Source of the DNA: an uncultured Clostridium sp.
GTDB taxonomy: Bacteria; Bacillota; Clostridia; TANB77; CAG-508
Assembly: GCA_947363765.1 (NCBI GenBank)
Contig: CANAQC010000004.1
Location: forward strand, 1,108 to 65,107
DNA: 64,000 nt
Direction of reading: 5' to 3'
The notes under the pieces were generated by a model. It was not told the DNA's origin, ran no database searches, and saw only the letters and a list, made by a program, of their open reading frames with translations. Position numbers and translations under genes: made by a program. Each line of letters opens with the position of its first letter. Positions within the stretch are counted from its first letter, which is position 1. Below are positions 45,957 through 54,163 of the stretch, one piece after another.

Positions 45957-46310
45957 ATGCGTAGAAGATGTAATTGTCATAAGTGTTGTTTAAGTAATTA
46001 TTCAAATTACAATGATGACCTTATGGAAAAAACATGCAAAAACGTTGATAATACCATTTGTAATTATGACAATGACGATTGTGGTTGTGGATTTGATGAA
46101 GAAGAATCAGTATTTCCTACTAACCCAATGCTTGCTCAAAGTTATGTACCTTGGCAAACTATGGACAAAACCTTTAAACCATGTGTTGGTTTAAAAATGG
46201 GAACTATCTTTCCAGAATTAGTTAGTCCTTACGTTCCTTGTCAAGATATTGAAGAAATGGAATATATCAAACAAACTAATAACATTGGAGAGGGGTGTAA
46301 CAAATGTTAG
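45957..46310 (+). CDS. cotJA: spore coat-associated protein CotJA
   Basis: C-terminus ..MLAQSYVPWQ.....F.P..GL..GTIFPEL..PY. Lies upstream of cotJB and cotJC. Confidence 0.8.
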   Translation: MRRRCNCHKCCLSNYSNYNDDLMEKTCKNVDNTICNYDNDDCGCGFDEEESVFPTNPMLAQSYVPWQTMDKTFKPCVGLKMGTIFPELVSPYVPCQDIEEMEYIKQTNNIGEGCNKC

Positions 46311-46639
46311 AAGAACAAATAGAAAACAGAAATCATTGTGATTGCGACTGTCCTTGTAGCAACACATGTGATAATGAATGTGAACGTAAAAATTCACTAA
46401 GAAGCGAAATGATGATGCAATTAAGAGCTTATAAGTTCTCTATTATCGAACTTGGACTATATTTGGACACTCATCCAGATGATGAAAAAGCACTTTGTTT
46501 GCACAAAGAATATTGCAAAAAAGCAAAAGAGTTATCAGACAAATATCAAAAAATGTTTGGACCTCTAACAATCTTTTATCCATGTAAAAAGTGGAGATGG
46601 CTAGAAGAACCTTGGCCATGGGAAAGGGGGAACTTTTAA
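46304..46639 (+). CDS. cotJB: spore coat protein CotJB
   Basis: ..MMQLRAYKFSIIELGLYLDTHPDD..A....YCKKAKELSDKYQKMFGPLT.. and ..WRWLEEPWPWE. Confidence 0.88.
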   Translation: MLEEQIENRNHCDCDCPCSNTCDNECERKNSLRSEMMMQLRAYKFSIIELGLYLDTHPDDEKALCLHKEYCKKAKELSDKYQKMFGPLTIFYPCKKWRWLEEPWPWERGNF

Positions 46640-46836
46640 TGTGGACTTATACAAAAGCACTAGAATATCCAATTAAAATAAAATGTGCAAATCCAAGACT
46701 TGCGAAATTCATTATTTCACAATATGGTGGACCAGATGGAGAACTTGCTGCCTCTCTTCGTTATTTATCACAAAGATTTGGAATGCCAGATCAAAAAGCA
46801 AAAGCAATTTTAAATGATATAGGAACAGAAGAATGA
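46639..46836 (+). pseudogene. cotJC: cotJC (Mn-catalase-family spore coat protein), 5' 65 codons only
   Basis: MWTYTKALEYPIKIKCANPRLAKFIISQYGGPDGELAASLRYLSQRFGMPDQKAKAILNDIGTEE then TGA. The reading stops exactly before the conserved (L/F)AH.EMI motif, at the left junction of the recombinase element. Confidence 0.85.
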
Positions 46837-46839
46837 GTA

Positions 46840-46854
46840 CCATAAGGTTATCAT
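46840..46854. repeat. attL inner arm (P' half-site) of element A
   Basis: Perfect reverse complement of 57079-57093. Confidence 0.75.
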
Positions 46855-46901
46855 TAGTTAAAGACTAAAAAAAATTATAATCTATAAACTATTGATAACC
46901 T

Positions 46902-48518
46902 TTAATGTTTAGGTATTTTGGGGAATATATGTATCTCAAAGTCTGTTGGGTCATCTGTCTTCTTTAATGTCTTTTTAACTTTAAGATAAGTTACTTTTTC
47001 TATTATGGTTTTTAATAGATAATTTTTTTCTTCTGCACTTTCTAATTTATAATAAACATCTAGCACATTTTCAATTTTAGGAATTATGGTTTCTTTTTCA
47101 CTAATAAGCTGTTGCTCTCGATTCATCTCTTTTTCACATTCCATTATTTGATGTTCTATTTGAATTATTTTTTCTTTTATCTCTGCATAACGACTTTTAA
47201 AAGTTTGTTCATCATAAATGTCTCTTTCGTAAGCCTCACATATTTTATCCAATGCTTTCTTTTCTATTTCTAAAGTCTCATTTAATCGTTTAATAGAAGT
47301 TTGATAGTAAGTAATATTATACATATCATTTTTACATTGTATAGAGTTTTCATCTATCTTATAATTCTTGAACCAATATTTTAATCCTTGTATAATTTTA
47401 TCCTCTACAATATGGAGTTTTGAACTTATATTGTTACAAGCTGGATTATTACATTGAATTGATGTTGTTTCTCCACTTTTTGCATAAGGTCTTCTTTGCA
47501 TATAACTTCCACATTTTTCACAAATTAAAATATGTGATAAAGGATTTTTAATAACATTATTATGTTGTACTGGTGCTGAGTTTTTATTTAACTTTGCTTG
47601 TGCTAAATCCCATATTTCTTGTGATATAAGACCTTTATGAAGACCATCTACCAGTAGGAAGTCGTTATTCCTTGGTCTCGTATTACAAACTTCTCTTTTT
47701 CTCAATACTTTAACTGTTTTCCTGTGATTCCACCTTATTTTACCAATATAAATAGGATTTCGTAACATATCTTTTAATGTAGAAGAAGTCCATTTGTCTG
47801 CATTTCGTGGTTTATATGTACTATTATTTAATGCTCTTGCAATACCACATATAGAAGAATCTTCATAAACATACATATTAAAAACTTTTTTAACTATAAT
47901 TGATTCTACTGAATTTTCTTCTAAGGTATATCCTTTGTCATCTTCAATTTTTTTCCTATTATATCCATAAGGGGGAATACTTGCCACATATTTCCCCTCA
48001 AGTACTGATGAATTTCTTCCACGATTAAGTCTTTTTTTTGTAACTCTTAATTCTTTGCTAGAATTAGTCATTTCATCTTCAAACAGTTCCTCATCTTTAT
48101 CATTATGCAATAAGTCATAAGTTTTATCTGGAGTAATTACTAAAGTATTATTGTATTTAATTATCTTGGTTATTTCTCCTTGGTCTATTTTATCTCCTCT
48201 TGATAACCTTGAAACTTCTACTACAAAAATTGCTTTATATTTTTTTAACTCGATGTTTTCCAGAAGTTTCTGCATTTCTTCTCTTTCTTTTATGGTTTCT
48301 CCACTTACGACTTCTTCATAGATTCTTATTTTTCTTTCATCAATTCCCATTGATTTTGCTAGATTAAGCAATATTACTCTATGTCTCTTTAGAGTGTCTG
48401 TTTTGCTATATTTTTCAAGTTCCAAATCTGCTCTTGATTTTCTCAAATATATAGCATATTCATATTCCATAAGTTCACTTAAAAATTTATCTTTTGTGTA
48501 TTCTTCAATTACATTCAA
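46902..48518 (-). CDS. large serine recombinase (integrase) of element A
   Basis: N-terminal resolvase domain (YAIYLRKSRAD..; VVEVSRLSRGD), recombinase domain, Zn-ribbon (CEKCG..C.NPAC) and a coiled coil. Start is probably the TTG after an AAAGGAGG RBS; the track ORF extends to 48569. Confidence 0.88.
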   Translation of the reverse strand: MNVIEEYTKDKFLSELMEYEYAIYLRKSRADLELEKYSKTDTLKRHRVILLNLAKSMGIDERKIRIYEEVVSGETIKEREEMQKLLENIELKKYKAIFVVEVSRLSRGDKIDQGEITKIIKYNNTLVITPDKTYDLLHNDKDEELFEDEMTNSSKELRVTKKRLNRGRNSSVLEGKYVASIPPYGYNRKKIEDDKGYTLEENSVESIIVKKVFNMYVYEDSSICGIARALNNSTYKPRNADKWTSSTLKDMLRNPIYIGKIRWNHRKTVKVLRKREVCNTRPRNNDFLLVDGLHKGLISQEIWDLAQAKLNKNSAPVQHNNVIKNPLSHILICEKCGSYMQRRPYAKSGETTSIQCNNPACNNISSKLHIVEDKIIQGLKYWFKNYKIDENSIQCKNDMYNITYYQTSIKRLNETLEIEKKALDKICEAYERDIYDEQTFKSRYAEIKEKIIQIEHQIMECEKEMNREQQLISEKETIIPKIENVLDVYYKLESAEEKNYLLKTIIEKVTYLKVKKTLKKTDDPTDFEIHIFPKIPKH

Positions 48519-48589
48519 AAGTCCTCCTTTCCTTATAATTTCTGTCTTTAACTTGTTGCTATTATACAACTATTTTTCAAAAATTACAA

Positions 48590-48733
48590 TTAGTTTATAT
48601 TTATAATCTTTTGCATAGCATTAGTAACTGCTATATCTAAATCCTTCTTTACAATTTCTTCTGTATCTGCTGTTATATAATCATCAAAGAACTTTATAAC
48701 AGTAGAATCTATTATCATTTCTTCTGTTTCCAT
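48590..48733 (-). CDS. 47-aa protein immediately upstream of the recombinase (METEEMIIDSTVIKFFDDYITADTEE...)
   Basis: RBS GAGGTG. A paralog sits in the same position upstream of the second recombinase (59683..59826), sharing the motif IKF(F/Y)DDYI. Confidence 0.5.
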   Translation of the reverse strand: METEEMIIDSTVIKFFDDYITADTEEIVKKDLDIAVTNAMQKIININ

Positions 48734-48865
48734 AGTCTTTCACCTCTGTAAATTTTATGCTTGAAGCGGTTAGATATTGCTTTTATTTATGATAAAAATG
48801 ATATTATAGTTCCAACAAACAATAGAGGAGAATACGAAGAACTTATCTAGTACATAGACAAGTTC

Positions 48866-49882
48866 TTATTCTTTTGCTAGAAAATTTTTTAGACATTCAA
48901 TGTCTTTTAATGTATTTTCTTCAATATCTCCAAAAGTAATTGGATTAATACCTAATTCCTTCAATTTTGCCATATCTCTGTAAAAAGAACTTTGAGAATA
49001 TTCTTTAGAAAATTTTTTTCTTCCTTTACTTTCTCCTAATTTATTTATTAGTTCCAGTAGTCTACAAATTCTCTTTTTTGTAGCTGGTCTCATTCTTTTT
49101 ACTTCTTTAACCTTGTTTATTGCTACATCTATTCTGTAATAGTCTTGAGTATATAAAACATCTTCATATACTCTCATATATTTACTGTAAGAATCTTCGT
49201 TCCAGTATTTTACTAATTCTTTAGCAATATGATATTTGTTATATTCTTCATTTATCTTTTTAGCAAATACTTGAACTTCTACTCTTATAACATATCTGTC
49301 TTCTTCTTTATGAGTTTTGTAGTATCTATGATAACAATTAAGATTCATCCTTCCTCTTTTAAAGTGTTTTTTTCCATTGTTGTCTATTTTGTCGTTAGGT
49401 CTATAATAAAGAGATGTTTTATCTTTATCATCTGGTTTAATTTTGTTCAAATTATGACATCTGTCTTTTGTCTTGCTTATGATTTCATAGAATATTGCTA
49501 TTTCTAAGTCATTTTGAAAACGAATATCGTATTTATAATCAATTCTAAATAATGGATATTTTGTAATTATTATAGGGAAATTCATTTTCAAAAACTCTTG
49601 TACTATCCTAGAAAATTGTTCTTCAAATTTAATCAGGTCATCTTCGATTACATTAGATTCTCCAATAATTTTATCTACTTCACATTCTATTAATAGATTG
49701 TGCTTATATTTTTTGGGGTCGAAAATGAATCTAACATCTTTATATGTTGATGAATAATGACTAAATTTATTATCTACATATCGTGGAATGAACATTGTTT
49801 GTGAATTTCTAATTCTTCCCCTAAATGCAAAATTATCTTCATAATCTAGCTTAATTCTAAAAGATACTGTATGAATAATCAC
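48866..49882 (-). CDS. putative replication initiator (Rep_trans-like)
   Basis: 338 aa. Motifs reminiscent of rolling-circle/ICE Rep proteins (..LFRIDYKYDI.., ..YHRYYKTHKE..VIRVEVQV..). The assignment is tentative. Confidence 0.45.
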   Translation of the reverse strand: MIIHTVSFRIKLDYEDNFAFRGRIRNSQTMFIPRYVDNKFSHYSSTYKDVRFIFDPKKYKHNLLIECEVDKIIGESNVIEDDLIKFEEQFSRIVQEFLKMNFPIIITKYPLFRIDYKYDIRFQNDLEIAIFYEIISKTKDRCHNLNKIKPDDKDKTSLYYRPNDKIDNNGKKHFKRGRMNLNCYHRYYKTHKEEDRYVIRVEVQVFAKKINEEYNKYHIAKELVKYWNEDSYSKYMRVYEDVLYTQDYYRIDVAINKVKEVKRMRPATKKRICRLLELINKLGESKGRKKFSKEYSQSSFYRDMAKLKELGINPITFGDIEENTLKDIECLKNFLAKE

Positions 49883-50172
49883 TTTGCCACCTTCTTTTCT
49901 ATTAAGTTTTCAATGTGCTATATATAGTAAGACATATAATAGGATTCTCACTTATTTATTTTTTGTCTTCTGCTATGCTGAAAAGAGAATTCTATTATTA
50001 TCCTTTTTATAGTTTCGAGTACTCTTTCTATGCTTAATATTCTAGCACCCATGAATTTCAGTGCATTACGACTTCAAAATTTTTTTGAAAGATTTTTTTC
50101 ATCAATTCGTAATTTTTAATTGTGTTTTAGTAAAAAATGCTTTAAAATAAGTAATTAGAGGAGATAAAAGGT

Positions 50173-51459
50173 ATGGAATTTTTGTATAAGAAATTAAGTA
50201 AGAAGAGGTTAGAGGAGTTTAAACCAAGTAAAACTTTAGGGGAAGAATTAAAAATACAAAGAAATTATTATGATATAGTTTCTAATAATAAAATGAATAC
50301 TGATAATAAGTCTGCTAGATTAAATAGTTTTTTAAAGAAGGTTACTAATGGAGATATTCTTGATAAATGGTGGAAGGTTAAGGAATTAGATAGATATTTG
50401 AATGAGCAATATAAAAAAGTAGATGATGTTGAAATACATTCTCCTGCTAGAATTACTGAATTAGAGAAAGAAAAAAATCCTAAACTAGATGTATTCAATA
50501 GGAGTAATTATTTTACTTCATACTACTTCTTGTTTAGGTTATATGGATTTTTAAGTTTTGATAGTATTATTAGATTATTAAGGAAATACAATGTAAAATT
50601 CAAATATTCTAATATTAAGATATTAGATTTACCAAACATTAGCAAACCTAGATTTAGTATATTAGAGTGTAATGAGTGGGGATATAACTTTTATTCATTT
50701 ATCGTGCCTTTAGTTAGTATGTTAAATGAGCAAGAACAAGTGGAAGTATCACTAAATATTAGAGAACCTTCATATTTTATCAAAGACATTTTAAATAAAG
50801 AGATAACTACTATTACTTATGATACTGCGAGAAAACTTTTAGATGTTTTAGACATAAATATTAGTGGGGAGCATAATGTAAATGATTTATTAAGAAGTTT
50901 CAATATATTAGACAGTAAAACTTATATGGAAGAAAAGAAAATTGAGGAACATTTAATTGAACAGGATTATGAAATATTACAAGATGAGCAAAAGATGATT
51001 CCAACAAATTTTGGATATATTTATAATGTGGATTCATATAGTGATTTTTCATTTGCTAGAGACTTACATTCTTTGTTAGATAAAGTATATGTGAATCTGG
51101 AGAAGTACATTAATGAATCGTTATCTAGTTATGATGTAAATTGCTTTTTAGATGTATTTAAAGTATTAACAAGTTTAGAATGTTTAACTAATAATATTAA
51201 GGAATCTAAAGAGTTTTTAAAACTTCCATTGAATGAGGATATTAAAAAGATTATTGAATTATATGGGGAAAATATATCTAAAGAATATTATTCTAAACCA
51301 GTAGGTATAACTTTGTTAGATACTGTCAATGTTAAAGAGAAAGTAGAAGATGAGGAAGGTTTGGAAGTCTGCATTCCTAAATTAGTTATAGATTATAAAG
51401 ATAATTCAAATAAATATACATTTACTAATTATTTTAAAGAGATATATAAGAAAAAGTGA
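50173..51459 (+). CDS. hypothetical 428-aa protein with a weak N-terminal HTH-like segment
   Basis: GGAG RBS. The segment LGEELKIQRNYYDIVSNNK resembles an XRE helix-turn-helix. Otherwise no family recognised. Confidence 0.5.
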   Translation: MEFLYKKLSKKRLEEFKPSKTLGEELKIQRNYYDIVSNNKMNTDNKSARLNSFLKKVTNGDILDKWWKVKELDRYLNEQYKKVDDVEIHSPARITELEKEKNPKLDVFNRSNYFTSYYFLFRLYGFLSFDSIIRLLRKYNVKFKYSNIKILDLPNISKPRFSILECNEWGYNFYSFIVPLVSMLNEQEQVEVSLNIREPSYFIKDILNKEITTITYDTARKLLDVLDINISGEHNVNDLLRSFNILDSKTYMEEKKIEEHLIEQDYEILQDEQKMIPTNFGYIYNVDSYSDFSFARDLHSLLDKVYVNLEKYINESLSSYDVNCFLDVFKVLTSLECLTNNIKESKEFLKLPLNEDIKKIIELYGENISKEYYSKPVGITLLDTVNVKEKVEDEEGLEVCIPKLVIDYKDNSNKYTFTNYFKEIYKKK

Positions 51460-52238
51460 TTTACTAACTATCATAAAATGTAAAATACATTAAAGACTTT
51501 TATATCCCTCCTAAAACTTCACACTATACTCCTAAAATTAACAAAACCATAAATACAACGAATTATACATCTGCAATATAAATCTCTTTAAAATGGATTT
51601 TGAATTGAAATGAGAAAATAACGCAAGTTCTATATAGTATTATTATAGGTTATGAGATGATTTCTCATTATTTATTTTGTCTATTTCGTCCTTCGTGTCC
51701 ATTGTGTGGTCTGGAGGGAAAGTTAAAAGAAACGAATCTTGAAAAATATAGTGCATACTATGGACTATTTATGAGTGCAATAAATAAAGTAACAACCAAC
51801 GATTGATTGGATAAATAGAAAAGTTACACCCGAGTGGAACAATTAAAGAATTAAAATGATTATTAGAATTAAATCCAGTCCATCTTGATGGTCTAGAAAT
51901 TTGGGAAAGGAATGATAAATAATGAATAAGACTGTAAACATTTATATTCCTTATTTCACAATTTTGTGAAAAACGCACCCATAGACACTCTAATAACCAT
52001 AAAATTTATATTCTATTAAAAGATTAGTAAGTTTGCGGTGCAAACTAGCAAATTTTCTTAGTAAACAGAATAACAATAAAATTTGATTTTTAATCTATAA
52101 TACATTACTACTTCACACATACCTCCTACACACGCGAGGTTGCTCGAGAACAAAAGTTTTAACTTTAGATATAAAATATGTTGTCTTGAAAATTAAAATC
52201 GCTCAAAATTGATGTGGGATATAAAAAGAAAAGAGGGA

Positions 52239-52343
52239 TTACCCCTCTAAATCATTATTTTTGTCTTTAGGTTTCTTTTTATCACTTGCTTTTATCACAC
52301 AAACAACAACAGTAACAATTATTACTACTAATACTATAAGCAT
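52239..52343 (-). CDS. 34-aa hydrophobic peptide (MLIVLVVIIVTVVVCVIKASDKKKPKDKNNDLEG)
   Basis: GGAGGTGG RBS 16 nt after the stop of the SHOCT gene. A terminator hairpin overlaps its stop. Confidence 0.4.
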   Translation of the reverse strand: MLIVLVVIIVTVVVCVIKASDKKKPKDKNNDLEG

Positions 52344-52358
52344 TATTACCACCTCCAA

Positions 52359-53093
52359 TTATATCTTTTCTAAAATTTTTTTCTTGCTTTCTTCAAATTC
52401 TTTTTCTGTTATAATACCTTTTTCTTTTAATTCTGCTAATTCTTTTATGCTAGTTAAATTACTATTTTGTTTTACATCTTCAACGTTTTCAATAATAACC
52501 TTTTTATCTTCTTTTCTTTCTTCTTGTCTGTTATGCTCTCTAGCAATTTTTAAAAAGCTAATCATCTCATTTATTATTTCTGTTAAATATTCATATACAT
52601 AACCAGACTTTGAAATACCTTTTTCTAAAAGGTCGAGCATAATAACACTATATTGAATATTATTTGTATATATTTTTAGTTTTAAAGTATCACAATCTTC
52701 ACTTATTGTTCGTGAGCCACTTGCTCCTGCTACTGCTCCTAATCCTCCAAATAGTAATCCTCCTATAACTGCACTTCCTGTCTTACTAGAAACAACACTA
52801 TTTCCATTTTCAAAAATTTCAAAATCTAATACTTCATTAAACTTTATTACTTTTGATTGATTCTCATAGTAACTATATGTACCTAATAATTTATTTTTTG
52901 TATCTATATCAATTCTTACAATGTTTTTAAATGCAACTTTCTTTGAACTGTTTAATCCATTTTTATTAATAAAATTTATATAATCATCTAGTGCCTTATC
53001 TTTTTTCTTCTTATCCTTGTATGATGATATTCCTAGAATTGGCGTAGCAACTATGATAATCAAAATAATTATTGTAACTATGAATCCTCCCAT
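52359..53093 (-). CDS. membrane-anchored SHOCT-domain protein
   Basis: N-terminal TM helix, internal Gly-zipper (GGLLFGGLGAVAGASG) and C-terminal SHOCT motif IKELAELKEKGIITEKEFEESKKKIL. Confidence 0.7.
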   Translation of the reverse strand: MGGFIVTIIILIIIVATPILGISSYKDKKKKDKALDDYINFINKNGLNSSKKVAFKNIVRIDIDTKNKLLGTYSYYENQSKVIKFNEVLDFEIFENGNSVVSSKTGSAVIGGLLFGGLGAVAGASGSRTISEDCDTLKLKIYTNNIQYSVIMLDLLEKGISKSGYVYEYLTEIINEMISFLKIAREHNRQEERKEDKKVIIENVEDVKQNSNLTSIKELAELKEKGIITEKEFEESKKKILEKI

Positions 53094-53227
53094 TTTAACA
53101 CCCCCTTAATCGACAAAATTCTACTATTCATATATATAATATCATAACAATTAGTAGTTTTCAATACTAATTATTTCTTAATTATAAAAAGTTTTTATTA
53201 TAAAATATTAACAAAAGAGGTGGAACA

Positions 53228-53542
53228 ATGAATTTTAAAGATATTGGAGCAAGAATCAAAGATAAAAGAATAGAATTGAAATTGACACAAGAAAAACTTG
53301 CTGAACTGGTAGGAGTAACAGATACATACATAGGAGCGATAGAAAGAGCAACCTCGAAATGTAGTATAGAAACACTTGTAAAAATTGCACAGGTTCTTAA
53401 TATAGATATGGATTATATGTTGTTTGGAACTACTGTAACTAATATAGATAATCATTTTAGTAAGATTATGAAAAAATTGCCCAAAGATAAGCAAAATTTA
53501 TATATCGAATTATGTGAGGCAATAGCTGACAAATTGAAATAA
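53228..53542 (+). CDS. XRE-family helix-turn-helix transcriptional regulator
   Basis: ..RIKDKRIELKLTQEKLAELVGVTDTYIGAIERA... Confidence 0.85.
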   Translation: MNFKDIGARIKDKRIELKLTQEKLAELVGVTDTYIGAIERATSKCSIETLVKIAQVLNIDMDYMLFGTTVTNIDNHFSKIMKKLPKDKQNLYIELCEAIADKLK

Positions 53543-53580
53543 AAAGATAGAGTATGAGGGATTTCATACTCTAATTATTT

Positions 53581-53874
53581 TTATATTATATGTATTTCAA
53601 TATATCCTGTTTGGTCAAACTCAAGCTTAACTATCGTATTATCCTCATTGCTGTAAAAATTAGCAACCCAATTAATATCAATATTTATTTTTTCTGTATT
53701 GCATTCATTTATTATAAGTTTATTTTTGTAAAAGTATATTTTAGAATTTTGAATATTTATTGTTTGTGTGATTATTCCCATAATATTTATTAGTATAGCT
53801 TTACCATTGAAATGTTTTAATATTTCTTTTGTTTTTTTATATATAATTTTTTTCAAATTTATCACTCCTAACAT
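53581..53874 (-). CDS. hypothetical protein (97 aa), paralogous in architecture to 53837..54163
   Basis: ORF. Overlaps the 3' end of the upstream ORF by 38 nt. Confidence 0.4.
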   Translation of the reverse strand: MLGVINLKKIIYKKTKEILKHFNGKAILINIMGIITQTINIQNSKIYFYKNKLIINECNTEKINIDINWVANFYSNEDNTIVKLEFDQTGYIEIHII

Positions 53875-54163
53875 ATCTCTTATTATATATCTTTATGGTA
53901 ATTCTGCCCACAGTTTCGCTATATAAATATAATACATTATCTTTTAATTTAATATTAGATAAATCGCATAAATCCAAACAAAACAGTTCATTTGTTGTTT
54001 TACTTCTCATTATTATTGTAAAATCCTTTTTCTTAACTTTTATAGAATGTAATGTTATATTTTCTGCTACATATCCGTTAAAACTTATATTTACATCTTT
54101 ATTATCAAATTTCTTTAGCTGTTCAAGTAGTTTGTTTTCTGTTATTGTAATTGTTTCGTTCAT
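53837..54163 (-). CDS. hypothetical protein (108 aa)
   Basis: ORF coupled to the resolvase stop (ATGA overlap at 54163). Confidence 0.45.
   Translation of the reverse strand: MNETITITENKLLEQLKKFDNKDVNISFNGYVAENITLHSIKVKKKDFTIIMRSKTTNELFCLDLCDLSNIKLKDNVLYLYSETVGRITIKIYNKRYVRSDKFEKNYI

Noticed and set aside
46893-46905. A third copy of the TGATAACCTT arm motif overlapping the recombinase A stop codon, as an extra att half-site.
   Set aside because: It lies inside the element about 40 nt from the true arm and has no symmetric partner. It is more likely an accessory or fortuitous repeat.
51460-52238. Group II intron or retron msr/msd in the ORF-free region. A GTGCG-like string occurs on the minus strand near 51978.
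   Set aside because: I could find no domain V-like GAGC..GUUC hairpin, no intron-encoded or neighbouring reverse transcriptase, and no exon continuity.
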